NCBI GenBank assembly: GCA_047456305.1
Contig: CP179888.1
Coordinates: 67,690 to 114,420 of the forward strand
DNA: 46,731 nt
From: Candidatus Nealsonbacteria bacterium
GTDB lineage: Bacteria; Patescibacteriota; Minisyncoccia; Minisyncoccales; CAZKCU01
Reading direction: 5' to 3'
Shown here piece after piece: positions 25,405 to 34,626 of this stretch. The position numbers and the translations under genes were made by a program. Positions within the stretch are counted from its first letter, which is position 1. Every line of letters begins with the position of its first letter. A model generated the notes under the pieces. That model did no database searches, was not told where the DNA came from, and saw only the letters and a program-made list of their open reading frames with translations.

Positions 25405-25781
25405 ATATCTTTATTTTCCTCATTTGTTGGTTTTTTAAGTTCCTCCCAATAATTGTCATTCTCTAAATTTTTCTTCTTAAGAGAACTTTCTCTTAATTTT
25501 TGGAGCCAGAAAGCTATTTTATTTTCCACTTTCAGACTCAAAATTCTTATTTTTGAGAGTATTTTTTGGAGAAAAATCTCAGAAGAAAATGATTTAAAAA
25601 AAGAAATATTTTTAATTTTTTCTTTCAGGTTTTTATACCATTTAACTGGAAAAGATATAAGAACATTTGAAGACTTATAGTCTGGCAATTCAACAAGAAC
25701 CGGAATTTTCCGAAATAAAATCACTCCTATTCCAATCAGGCTACTAAATAAAATTATTATAGCTGCTATTTCATAAGTCAT
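25395..25781 (-). CDS. Small membrane-anchored hypothetical protein
   Basis: The likely start is MTYEIAAIIILFSSLIGIGVILF (ATG 25781, one TM), followed by a charged tail. The longer track ORF (to 25838) would overlap tsf by 68 nt. Confidence 0.4.
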   Translation of the reverse strand: MTYEIAAIIILFSSLIGIGVILFRKIPVLVELPDYKSSNVLISFPVKWYKNLKEKIKNISFFKSFSSEIFLQKILSKIRILSLKVENKIAFWLQKLRESSLKKKNLENDNYWEELKKPTNEENKDMPG

Positions 25782-26217
25782 ATCGGACAAATCTTTTAAT
25801 AATGATATTTTCGCCGAGCCTGGAAATATGTTCATCAATCAAGTCTTTTATAGTTTTTGTCTCATCTCTAATCCAGGGCTGGGAAAGAAGAGGAATTTCT
25901 TCAGGTGAAATCGCAGCGATTTGTAAACATAATTCGTGAGCCAATTTTTTAAATTCATCACAAGAAGCCACAAAATCAGTCTCGCAATGAAGTTCAATCA
26001 TTACCCCAATTCTTTTTCCTTGATGAATATAACTTTCAATTATTCCCTCTTTTACCTCTTTTTTAGCTCTTTTGGTTGCAAAATCTCGACCCCATTTTTT
26101 TAAAATTTCTTTTGCCATTACTAAATCGCCCTTAGCTTCAGCTAAGGCTTTTTTACATTCGGTGATTGACACTCCACTCTCCTCTCTTAATTTTTTAATT
26201 TGGCCAATAGAAATCAT
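25771..26217 (-). CDS. tsf: Elongation factor Ts (short form)
   Basis: 148 aa with the UBA-like N-terminus IKKLREESGVSITECKKALAEAKGDLVMAKEILKK, plus ..MIELHCETDFVA.. It follows rpsB. Confidence 0.85.
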   Translation of the reverse strand: MISIGQIKKLREESGVSITECKKALAEAKGDLVMAKEILKKWGRDFATKRAKKEVKEGIIESYIHQGKRIGVMIELHCETDFVASCDEFKKLAHELCLQIAAISPEEIPLLSQPWIRDETKTIKDLIDEHISRLGENIIIKRFVRYDL

Positions 26218-26220
26218 TTT

Positions 26221-26300
26221 AACATGCTAACATCTTAACATTTTAACATTAGTAAAATTAAATTTTTGTTAAGATGTTAAAATGCTTAAATGTTAAGATG
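26221..26300 (-). repeat. TTAACA/TGTTAA-rich inverted-repeat hairpin in the rpsB-tsf spacer
   Basis: taacatcttaaca (26227-26239) pairs with tgttaagatgtta (26267-26279). An alternative register uses aaatgttaagatg at 26288-26300. Confidence 0.5.
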
Positions 26301-26306
26301 AGGTAT

Positions 26307-27065
26307 TTATTTTTTGGGCTTGGCTTTAACTATCACTTTCTTAACTTTCTCCAAAATATATTTAACAGATGAAATGGCATCATCATTTGCTGGAATAGGA
26401 TAATCAGCTAAAGTGGGGTCGGTATTGGTGTCTGAAATTCCAATTACCTTCATTCCGCTCATTTTTGCCTCCTTTACTGCCAAGGCGTCTTTTTTCATAT
26501 CCAAAACGAAAATAGCATCTGGTAATTTTTCTAAATTTTTTATTCCGCCAAATTTAATTTCCAATTTTTTCAATTCCTGGTCAATTTTGGCTTTTTCTTT
26601 TTTTGTGTATTTTTCCAACTCCCCTTCAGCTTTTTTCTTTTCTAAGTCTTTGAAATACTCAATTCTTTTTAAAATAGTTTTGAAATTGGTAAAAGTTCCT
26701 CCCAACCATCTATTTACAACATAGGGCAGACTACAATCCTTGGCAACATTCTCGATTAAATCTTTAACCTGAATTTTTGTTCCTACCAAAAGTAAAATTT
26801 TATTTTCAGAAATTAGTTCTTGAATAAATTTTAGAGCTTCTTTAAGTTTTTCAGCTGTTTTTTCAATATCAATAATATGGACATTATTTCTTATTCCATA
26901 AAGATAGGGTTCCATTTTCGGATGAACTTTAGAGCTCCGATGGCCAAAATGAAGGCCAGCTGCAGCCATTTCCTCAAGATCAATATCAAAATCCTTAGCC
27001 GCCCTAGCTTTAGCGGAGGGGGATTTCTCTTTTTCTTTTGCCTCTTTTTCTTTTACTTCTGCCAT
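26307..27065 (-). CDS. rpsB: 30S ribosomal protein S2
   Basis: ..AGLHFGHRSSKVHPKMEPYLYG.. is an S2 signature. The start is taken at MAEVKEKE (ATG 27065). The N-terminus has a K/E-rich extension. Confidence 0.9.
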   Translation of the reverse strand: MAEVKEKEAKEKEKSPSAKARAAKDFDIDLEEMAAAGLHFGHRSSKVHPKMEPYLYGIRNNVHIIDIEKTAEKLKEALKFIQELISENKILLLVGTKIQVKDLIENVAKDCSLPYVVNRWLGGTFTNFKTILKRIEYFKDLEKKKAEGELEKYTKKEKAKIDQELKKLEIKFGGIKNLEKLPDAIFVLDMKKDALAVKEAKMSGMKVIGISDTNTDPTLADYPIPANDDAISSVKYILEKVKKVIVKAKPKK

Positions 27066-27249
27066 TATATTAATCAATATAACAATTTTAAAAATAACAA
27101 TCAAGTATTCATTTAGTTAAGGAGTTGGTTTAATATATTACTATCAATCCTTGATTTTTTGAGGAAATTTGATAAGATATAAAAACGATATCAATGATAC
27201 AAATATTAGTATAATTGGTATGTTATTGGTAGATTGGTATCGCGTCTTT

Positions 27250-27486
27250 ATGAAAAAAGACATCCACCCCAAATATTATCCCGCAGCCAGAGTGCAATGC
27301 GCTTGCGGCAATACTTTTACTGTTGGCGCAACCAAGGAGTTTATAGAAGTTGAGATTTGTTCTAAATGTCATCCATTTTATACTGGAAAAGAAAAAATTG
27401 TTGATACTCTGGGAAGAGTGGAAAAATTCAGAAAAAGATTAGCAAAAAAAGAAAAAACGAAAGCAAAAAAACGAAAAAAGAAATAA
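27250..27486 (+). CDS. rpmE: 50S ribosomal protein L31
   Basis: [34 protein letters not shown] (Zn-ribbon type L31). The track ORF start at 27169 (TTG) is an upstream extension. Confidence 0.9.
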   Translation: MKKDIHPKYYPAARVQCACGNTFTVGATKEFIEVEICSKCHPFYTGKEKIVDTLGRVEKFRKRLAKKEKTKAKKRKKK

Positions 27487-27487
27487 T

Positions 27488-28240
27488 ATGACCAACGATA
27501 ACGCTCCAAAACAGTTAGAATCGGTAATTATGGAAATTAGAGCCGGAACTGGAGGAAAAGAAGCATCTCTCTTTGCCGCCGACCTTTTTAGAATGTATTC
27601 AAAATATGCTCAATTGCTTAACTGGCGACAAAAAATTTTGGATTCCCATTCTACTGGACTTGGAGGTCTTAAAGAAATCATTTTTGAATTAAAAAATAGC
27701 AATGTCTTTTCTAAAATGAAGTATGAAGGTGGAGTTCATCGGGTACAGAGAATTCCCGAAACAGAAAAATCAGGAAGGATTCATACCTCAACTGTCTCAG
27801 TAGCCGTCTTGCCAAAACCTAAATCTGCTCAAATTAAAATAAGACCCGAGGAACTCAAAATTGATTTTTATAGAGCTTCGGGTCCTGGCGGTCAATATGT
27901 TAATAAAAGAGAAACTGCCGTAAGAATCACCCACTTGCCAACAGACCTTGTCGTCACCTCTCAAACTGAAAGAAATCAACTACAGAATAAAGAAAATGCC
28001 CTGGCTATTCTTGAGGCAAGACTTTTAGAAAAAACGCAGATGGAAGAGGAAGAAAAAGTCAAAGGAAAAAGAAAAGACCAGATTGGCTGGGCAAAAAGAG
28101 CAGAAAAAATCAGAACCTATAATTTTCCCCAAGACAGGGTTACTGACCACCGAATTAAAAAAAGCTGGCACAATATTGAGGGAATTTTAAACGGCAAATT
28201 AGAGTTAATTATTAAAGCTTTAAAAAAAGCCGAACTTTGA
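27488..28240 (+). CDS. prfA: Peptide chain release factor 1-type protein lacking the N-terminal domain 1
   Basis: 250 aa with ..EIRAGTGGKEASLFAADLFRMY.. and the RF1-type decoding tripeptide context GVHRVQRIPETEKSGRIHTST (PxT). It also has the GGQ loop RASGPGGQYVNK. The ATG lies 1 nt after the rpmE stop, leaving no room for ~100 upstream codons. Confidence 0.8.
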   Translation: MTNDNAPKQLESVIMEIRAGTGGKEASLFAADLFRMYSKYAQLLNWRQKILDSHSTGLGGLKEIIFELKNSNVFSKMKYEGGVHRVQRIPETEKSGRIHTSTVSVAVLPKPKSAQIKIRPEELKIDFYRASGPGGQYVNKRETAVRITHLPTDLVVTSQTERNQLQNKENALAILEARLLEKTQMEEEEKVKGKRKDQIGWAKRAEKIRTYNFPQDRVTDHRIKKSWHNIEGILNGKLELIIKALKKAEL

Positions 28241-28259
28241 AAAAATCATCGGCTTTTTT
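28229..28259 (+). terminator. Hairpin plus T-run at the convergent prfA / 28246-gene junction (possibly bidirectional)
   Basis: gccga (28229-28233) pairs with tcggc (28249-28253), followed by tttttt and preceded by aaaaaaa. The loop is long (15 nt), so the hairpin is only moderately convincing. Confidence 0.4.
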
Positions 28260-29601
28260 CAATTGTCTCAATGTCTCTTTCAAAACCATCGGCTATTTTC
28301 AAAACATTGTTTGCGTACCAATAGAAAGCTGAATTTGTTGTTGAGCCGGAAAAATAAATCATTGCTGCTCTCCATTCACCATTTTGAGTCTTTGTTTTAG
28401 CTCCATAATCTGATAAATACAAGCCTGATGCCAAAAAAGCATCTTGAATATTCCAGGGATCAGCCGGTTTTCCGAGAATACTCCGCAATCTATTTTTATA
28501 TAACATCCAGGTAGAAGGAATAAACTGAGCTGGACCCATCGCCCCTCCCCAACCAAAACTCATCGGACAGGATATTGGAGTAGAATAAGGATTTCTACCT
28601 AATTCTTTAGTAATTTGTAAAAAAGGTTGGACATCACGAGTAGGTTTCATTGTTCGGGGTGTTATCTTCCCAGTACTTATTCTTGTCCCTTCTCCAGTAG
28701 TCGGATTTGTTAAATAACATTGACCAACATTTTTTCCAATGGCTGATTCTTGCTGTAAAATAGCTAACAAAAAAGCTGGTCTAACTCCTGTTATCCTTTC
28801 CACATATTTGGCAATATCCAAAGCCTCTCCAAAAGTGGGAACCTTAGGTACACCAACCAATTCAAAAATCCTGGCTCTAATCTCAGCTGCTTTTCTTTCC
28901 ACTTCTTGTTTTTCTCTGAGATATTGTTGATACTGAGCTTCGGTTAATTTTAAAAAATACTCCTGGTCTCTTTTTATTGCTTCGCTTTTTTGTTTCTGAA
29001 GGACTTGAATTTTAGCCACTCTTTCTGTGTCTTCTTTTTCTTCACCCAAGGATTGCTTTTGCTCCCCGAGGTCAGATTTTAAAGCTTTGATATTTTCAAG
29101 AAGCTCCTGGTTTTTAGAACTTAAAGCCTCCAAAGCTATTAAATTATCAAAAAAATTGGAGAGTTTGGGTTCGGAAAGTAAAATTTCGATAAGAGATTTC
29201 TGGTTCTCTTCATAAATAACTCTTAAAATACTGGCAAGTTTTTGCTTTAAATCTTCAATTCCTAAAGAGGTTTTTTCAATTGAGCTCTCGGTGTCTTTGA
29301 TTTGAAAACCAAGGTCTCTAACTATTAAATTACTCTGACGAATCTGAAAGTCTAATTGCTCAATTCTTTTTCTTAAAGAATAAATTTGATTTTGAAGAGT
29401 TTTCTTTTCTTGTTCGGTCTTTGTAATATCTTTTTCGTATTGAGCGATCTTCTCTTCTAACTCTTTAAGTTCCTTTTCTAAGGATTGACGTTCCTCCTGA
29501 GGGTTTACTTGGGCGAGGCTAAAAAAATTTGACAATAACCCAAAGCCAAAAGCCAAAATTAAAATTGATAATAAAATTAATTTTGAAATACGTAATATCA
29601 T
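28246..29601 (-). CDS. Membrane-anchored coiled-coil protein with C-terminal lytic transglycosylase (SLT/MltB-like) domain
   Basis: 451 aa with an N-terminal TM and ~230 aa of heptad-rich coiled coil. It continues ..LLAILQQESAIG.. (catalytic Glu context) and ..GGAMGPAQFIPSTW.. Confidence 0.65.
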   Translation of the reverse strand: MILRISKLILLSILILAFGFGLLSNFFSLAQVNPQEERQSLEKELKELEEKIAQYEKDITKTEQEKKTLQNQIYSLRKRIEQLDFQIRQSNLIVRDLGFQIKDTESSIEKTSLGIEDLKQKLASILRVIYEENQKSLIEILLSEPKLSNFFDNLIALEALSSKNQELLENIKALKSDLGEQKQSLGEEKEDTERVAKIQVLQKQKSEAIKRDQEYFLKLTEAQYQQYLREKQEVERKAAEIRARIFELVGVPKVPTFGEALDIAKYVERITGVRPAFLLAILQQESAIGKNVGQCYLTNPTTGEGTRISTGKITPRTMKPTRDVQPFLQITKELGRNPYSTPISCPMSFGWGGAMGPAQFIPSTWMLYKNRLRSILGKPADPWNIQDAFLASGLYLSDYGAKTKTQNGEWRAAMIYFSGSTTNSAFYWYANNVLKIADGFERDIETIEKSR

Positions 29602-29605
29602 GATA

Positions 29606-30283
29606 TTATTTAGATTCTTCTGGCTTCTCTTTCTCTCCTTCCTTCTCTCTTTCTTCCTCCTCTCTCTCCTCTTCTTCCACCTTTTCCACCTCTTCTACTT
29701 TTTCTTCAACTGGTTTGGCTAATTCCTCTTCTACTTTCTCTGGTGGAGTAATAACAGCCACAATGTCATCTGGCCCTCTTTGAACTTTTACTCCAGCTGG
29801 TATTTTCAGGTCTTTTATTAAAATCTCATCTTCAAAGGTTTTTAAGTTTCCTACATTCACTTTAATTTCGTGAGGAAGATTTTGAGGAAGAGCTTTTACC
29901 TCTAATTCTGAAATCTCTCGGACTAAAGTTCCACCTAATTCTTTTACTATTGGAGAAACCCCTTCAAAAATTATTGGTACGTTAGCTGTAATTTCTTCTT
30001 CTAAAGATGGCTGATAGAAATCGATATGAATTGGCTCTAAAGATAAGGGGTCTCGTTGAATTTCATGGATTAAAACTGGTACTTTGCGATTATCCACTTC
30101 CAGAGAAATTAAAGAACTTTCTCCAGCCTCTTTATAAATTTTTTCAAATTCTTTTAAATCAATTTCTAAGACCAGAGGTTTAATTTTTGGTCCATATAAA
30201 ACCCCGGGCAAAATATCCTTTTTTCTTAAGGATTTTACTTTTTTACCAAGAGTTTTCCGAATATTTGCTGACAAACTTAACAT
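29606..30283 (-). CDS. rplY: 50S ribosomal protein L25/Ctc with acidic C-terminal tail
   Basis: 225 aa with ..RKTLGKKVKSLRKKDILPGVLYG.. and two beta-barrel domains. The tail is EEVEKVEEEEREEEEREKEGEKEKPEE. Confidence 0.8.
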   Translation of the reverse strand: MLSLSANIRKTLGKKVKSLRKKDILPGVLYGPKIKPLVLEIDLKEFEKIYKEAGESSLISLEVDNRKVPVLIHEIQRDPLSLEPIHIDFYQPSLEEEITANVPIIFEGVSPIVKELGGTLVREISELEVKALPQNLPHEIKVNVGNLKTFEDEILIKDLKIPAGVKVQRGPDDIVAVITPPEKVEEELAKPVEEKVEEVEKVEEEEREEEEREKEGEKEKPEESK

Positions 30284-30286
30284 AAC

Positions 30287-30335
30287 TCTTTAATTTGCTT
30301 CGCAAATTACAGTGAGTTGAGCTGACGCTTCTCTT
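30287..30335 (-). repeat. Start-codon-proximal palindromic module, copy D (upstream of rplY; overlaps the ferredoxin stop)
   Basis: Hairpin taatttgc-ttc-gcaaatta at 30291-30309, 7 nt from the ATG at 30283. The loop is inverted relative to the other copies. Arm cagtgagttgagctgacgcttctc follows. Confidence 0.7.
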
Positions 30336-30549
30336 TAACGAGGTGAATTATCTGTACCGGACAAGATTCGGCCGCTTCTCGATTACAACCAATTTCTTGC
30401 ACCTCTAACTCATCTTTTTTAGTTTCCGGGTTTTCTTTAGAATTCAAAAAGCGGGCTTTTCCATCTTCAGCCATCTCCCAATATTTTGGACACAAAACTG
30501 CACAAGAACCACAACCAATGCATTTTTGACGCTCGTGAATAATTTTCAT
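30307..30549 (-). CDS. Small 4Fe-4S ferredoxin
   Basis: 80 aa with CIGCGSCAVLCP and a distal ..GCNREAAESCP.. cysteine. Confidence 0.7.
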   Translation of the reverse strand: MKIIHERQKCIGCGSCAVLCPKYWEMAEDGKARFLNSKENPETKKDELEVQEIGCNREAAESCPVQIIHLVKEKRQLNSL

Positions 30550-30552
30550 CTC

Positions 30553-31002
30553 TTATTTAATGGTGAATTTGTTGGAATAAAAAATTTTATCTTTTCTGAA
30601 ATTTTCTTTTAAGCCGCAACCAATGCAGGCAGGCACTGCGACTCGGTGAGTAGTTTGTGCAATTTCCATTTTATCTAAAAGAAGCTCGAAGGCTTTAACT
30701 TCCCCAGGCTCAATACAGGTTTCAGCCAGATCGGGAAAAAGACAATTGTTATTATAATGATAGGACTTTAAGGACCCGTTATTTTTCTCCAAATAATAAG
30801 GATAACAAGAAGAAAAGCAGACGGTTTTTCTTAAATTATTTTTAATCTTTATTTTCGGATTATCTCCTTTGGCATATTCTTTTTGATTAGTGGAAATCAA
30901 AATTCCCCTTACCGTTGTCTGATATCCTCTCCAACCTAACCAACCAATTCCTAAAAAAATTAGAAAAATTATTAAGATAATTGAGGTGAGAAGTTTTTTC
31001 AT
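30553..31002 (-). CDS. Membrane-anchored Cys-rich hypothetical protein
   Basis: 149 aa with an N-terminal TM/signal anchor and 8 Cys in the exported part. No family was recognised. Confidence 0.4.
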   Translation of the reverse strand: MKKLLTSIILIIFLIFLGIGWLGWRGYQTTVRGILISTNQKEYAKGDNPKIKIKNNLRKTVCFSSCYPYYLEKNNGSLKSYHYNNNCLFPDLAETCIEPGEVKAFELLLDKMEIAQTTHRVAVPACIGCGLKENFRKDKIFYSNKFTIK

Positions 31003-31010
31003 CTAGAGGT

Positions 31011-32117
31011 TTATTTTTTTTTAATTATAAATCTTTTATCTAAAGCTTTTAATGTTTCGACTATCCCTCCATATTCAAGTTCTGAATATGGCAACATTGC
31101 CGCTCCAAAAAATCCCTGTCTCCTTATTTCTTGAGTTTCCTGGGCTGCCTGCTCTCTAACATAATCCCAATAGGGATGGTCAAAAGTATCAGCTGACTCA
31201 GTTAGTTTACCTTCTTTTACGCAAAATGCTAAACAGCTAACAATCGCGGGACCGTCAAAAAATGAAATTGAGGTATTTTTCTTGACTGGCATTAAAGGAC
31301 TATTATGAGATCCTCTCATAAAACCAGCTACTACCGGGGTTAGAGTATAAGGAGAAAGAATTTCGCCGGTAGCTGGAAAATCCTTCTGAGTCCTAACCAA
31401 CATCACTGGATCATCTTTTCCTACATATTTACCTGCAATATTATGTAATCTGGTAGTACTGGCAGAAACTACCTGTTCTCCAGTAGCTCTTGACCAAATT
31501 GATTCAACAATAAATCTTTCCGGGTCTCTCAAGAGAGCGGCAATATTATAAATTTCTTCTGGTGCTGCCAATGTAATAATCTTATCAGCCTTGGTATAAG
31601 ATACATCCATAATCACAAATTTGAAGCCTTCTTTAACTCTTGGGGCAAGAATTAAACCGGCATTATGCATTGGGTCAGTAAAAGCCAAATACAAAGGAAG
31701 ATTAAAGGCTCCGGGGTCGGTTTTATCTGCCATAAACATTAAAAATGGTTCGGCTGTCCGTTCTTCAATCTCCAGTTCAGCTACCTGGGGCCCCATACCT
31801 TTAACATTCCCGGAAAAGGCGGTGACTAATAAATCCTGACCTGCTCCATAAAGACCCTGCTCTTTGGCAACTTTTGTACCAGCTAAAAAGGCATCAAAAC
31901 ACAATTTGTGAATTTTTGTATTGCCTGCTCCTTTTTTATGAGTGGTTAAAATTGAAATATCATCTCCGGTGAAACCTACATAATAATCGATTATTAATCC
32001 TTTGCCTTTTTCTTTTACATAATTTTCAACTGTCTCCAAAAGCCTTTGGCTGGGTTTTATATGCCCACCAATAGAACCAATATCAGCTTTAATAATTGAT
32101 AAAGTAATTTTGGCCAT
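31011..32117 (-). CDS. fbp: Bifunctional fructose-1,6-bisphosphate aldolase/phosphatase (class V FBPase)
   Basis: 368 aa. MAKITLSIIKADIGSIGGH.. matches the characteristic N-terminus of the archaeal-type FBP aldolase/phosphatase family, and the length fits. Confidence 0.75.
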   Translation of the reverse strand: MAKITLSIIKADIGSIGGHIKPSQRLLETVENYVKEKGKGLIIDYYVGFTGDDISILTTHKKGAGNTKIHKLCFDAFLAGTKVAKEQGLYGAGQDLLVTAFSGNVKGMGPQVAELEIEERTAEPFLMFMADKTDPGAFNLPLYLAFTDPMHNAGLILAPRVKEGFKFVIMDVSYTKADKIITLAAPEEIYNIAALLRDPERFIVESIWSRATGEQVVSASTTRLHNIAGKYVGKDDPVMLVRTQKDFPATGEILSPYTLTPVVAGFMRGSHNSPLMPVKKNTSISFFDGPAIVSCLAFCVKEGKLTESADTFDHPYWDYVREQAAQETQEIRRQGFFGAAMLPYSELEYGGIVETLKALDKRFIIKKK

Positions 32118-32205
32118 AAATTTTATTTAATTTTATTAATTTTATTTTGCTCGACCTTGAAATTTAATATATCGAAAACCGTTTTTGATAATTTAGATTT
32201 AGAAA

Positions 32206-34605
32206 TTAAAGTTTAATTTTTTGATATTTTAATTGCTTTTCTTTTTTGGCAACTTCGGTTGTGGTTTTAATTACTGTATCAGGGTTCAAAGACATTGACT
32301 CAATTCCCTGTTCAACTAAAAATTCAGCAAATTCTGGATAATCACTCGGGGCCTGTCCGCAAATTCCGCAATACTTTTTCTTTTTCTTGCAAATAGAAAT
32401 CACTCTTTTAATCATTTCTTTTACAGCTTCATTTCTCTCATCGCCAACTTTTGAAACCTGAGCTGAATCTCTATCTAAACCTAAAATTAGTTGAGTTAAG
32501 TCGTTGCTTCCAATACTCATTCCATCAAAAATTTCCAAAAATTTATCAGCTAAAATTACGTTTGAAGGAATTTCGCACATTACATAAACCTTGAGACTAT
32601 CCTTTCCTCTTTCTAAACCAAATTCCTTCATTAATTCTAACACTTTTTTGCCCTCTTTTAAAGTTCGGCAAAAAGGAATCATCAGCGAAACATTTTTTAA
32701 GCCAAATCTCTCTCGAACTCTTTTAATCGATTGGCATTCCATGTTGAAGGCTAGTTGAAAGTCTTTATTTAGATAACGGCAGGCTCCTCTAAAACCTAAC
32801 ATTGGATTTGCCTCTTCTTTTTCAAAAAGTTTACCTCCAACTAAATTCCTGTATTCATTCGTTTTAAAATCAGAGAATCTAACAATTACCTCCTTAGGAT
32901 AAAAAGCTGCCGCGATTTGGGCAATACCTTCGGCCAGTTCTTTAACAAAATACTCTTTTTTATCTTTGTGCTCAATGGTAATTTCAGCAATTTTTGCTTT
33001 CAATTTTTTGTCTTTGATTTTTTTATAATGATACAAAGCTAATGGATGAATTCTGATTTTCTCAGCTAAAATAAATTCAATTCTGGCTAACCCTACCCCC
33101 TTATTTGGCAAAAACGAGGTTTTGAAGGCAATCTCTGAAGCACCAATATTTACCATTATTTTTGTTTTTAAATCCGGTATTTTCTTTAAATCATATCTTT
33201 TAATTTTAAAATGGATTTTCCCTAAAAATATTCTGCCACTTCTCCCCTGAGTGCAATCAACAGTAATAGTTTCACTACTCTTCAAAATTTTCGTTGCATT
33301 TCTTGTTCCGACAATAGCAGGAATTCCCAGCTCCCGGGCCACTATTGCTGCATGACAAGTAGCTCCCCCTCTATCAGTAACAATGGCTGAAGCCAATCTC
33401 ATAATAGCTACCCAATCAGGATCGGTTATTTTGGTTACTAAAACTTCTCCTTTTTGAAATTGAGAAATTTTTGAAACATTGGAAATTATTTTTACTTTAC
33501 CCTGGCCAATTTTGTCTCCAATAGCAATTCCAGTTAAAATTGGTTTTTTAGCAGTTTTTACCTGATATTCTTCATAAAACCGAACTTCCTTTTGGGCATG
33601 AACTGTTTCCGGTCGAGACTGAACAATAAATAGCTGTCCTGTTTTTCCATCTTTCGCCCATTCAATATCCTGAGGAATTTGATAATGCTCTTCAATTTGA
33701 CAAGCCCATTTTGTCAAGGTCATAATTTCCTCATCAGTTAGGGAAAATTTCAATTGATCTTTTTTCAGGACATTTACTTCCTTAAGACCTCTCATTTTAG
33801 CATAGATATATTTTTTGGTTTTTCTTCCTAAATTTTTAAGAATTATTGATTTGAAACCTTGTTTTAAGGTTGGTTTGAAAACATAAAATTCATCAGGAGT
33901 AATTTTTCCCTTAACAATCATCTCCCCTACCCCATAAATTGAATTGATTAAAACAATATTAGGAAAACCGGTCTCGGTGTCCAAAGTAAAGATTACTCCC
34001 GAGGAAGCCAAATCACTTCTCACCATTTTTTGAATCCCGACCGATAAAGCAAATTTTAGCTGGTCAATTTTTTTCTCTTGGCGATAGGCAATCGCCCGAT
34101 CATTAAAGCTTGAAGCTAAGCATTTTTTTATTGCCTTTAATAAATCTTCTTTGCCAGAAACATTTAAAAAAGATTCGAATTGCCCGGCGAAACTGGCACT
34201 GGGCATATCCTCAGCCACCCCCGAGGATCTGACAGCCACATCGGAATTTAACCCATATTTTTTGCCCAAAATTTGGTAAGCCAAAATTATTTCTCTTTTT
34301 AATCCTTCTGAAAACTCTCCTTTTAAAATCGAATTTCTAGCTGCCTTTCCTGTCTCTTGTAAACTTTTTATGCTTTTGGAGTCAAATTTTTTAAAAATTT
34401 CTTCTAATTTTTTATCAATTCTATTTTTTTTCAAAAAATCCCAATAGGCCCTGGTGGTTAGGGCAAAACCATCAGGGACATTAACCCCCTTTTTAGTTAA
34501 TTGAGAAAACATTTCCCCGAGCGAGGCATTTTTCCCTCCGACCAAAGGAACATCTCTCAAGGAAATTTCATCAAACCATAAAATGTTTTTTTGAGATTTT
34601 TTCAT
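32206..34605 (-). CDS. ppsA: Phosphoenolpyruvate synthase (pyruvate, water dikinase)
   Basis: 799 aa with ..VGGKNASLGEM.. and the phospho-His swivel domain ..TDRGGATCHAAIVARELGIPAIVG.. A C-terminal PEP-utilising barrel is present. Confidence 0.9.
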   Translation of the reverse strand: MKKSQKNILWFDEISLRDVPLVGGKNASLGEMFSQLTKKGVNVPDGFALTTRAYWDFLKKNRIDKKLEEIFKKFDSKSIKSLQETGKAARNSILKGEFSEGLKREIILAYQILGKKYGLNSDVAVRSSGVAEDMPSASFAGQFESFLNVSGKEDLLKAIKKCLASSFNDRAIAYRQEKKIDQLKFALSVGIQKMVRSDLASSGVIFTLDTETGFPNIVLINSIYGVGEMIVKGKITPDEFYVFKPTLKQGFKSIILKNLGRKTKKYIYAKMRGLKEVNVLKKDQLKFSLTDEEIMTLTKWACQIEEHYQIPQDIEWAKDGKTGQLFIVQSRPETVHAQKEVRFYEEYQVKTAKKPILTGIAIGDKIGQGKVKIISNVSKISQFQKGEVLVTKITDPDWVAIMRLASAIVTDRGGATCHAAIVARELGIPAIVGTRNATKILKSSETITVDCTQGRSGRIFLGKIHFKIKRYDLKKIPDLKTKIMVNIGASEIAFKTSFLPNKGVGLARIEFILAEKIRIHPLALYHYKKIKDKKLKAKIAEITIEHKDKKEYFVKELAEGIAQIAAAFYPKEVIVRFSDFKTNEYRNLVGGKLFEKEEANPMLGFRGACRYLNKDFQLAFNMECQSIKRVRERFGLKNVSLMIPFCRTLKEGKKVLELMKEFGLERGKDSLKVYVMCEIPSNVILADKFLEIFDGMSIGSNDLTQLILGLDRDSAQVSKVGDERNEAVKEMIKRVISICKKKKKYCGICGQAPSDYPEFAEFLVEQGIESMSLNPDTVIKTTTEVAKKEKQLKYQKIKL

Positions 34606-34626
34606 ATTAATTTGCGAAGTAAATTA
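34606..34626 (-). repeat. Start-codon-proximal palindromic module, copy E (hairpin only; the entire pilin-ppsA spacer)
   Basis: taatttgc-gaa-gtaaatta at 34608-34626, 2 nt from the ppsA ATG (34605) and abutting the pilin stop (34627). Confidence 0.65.
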
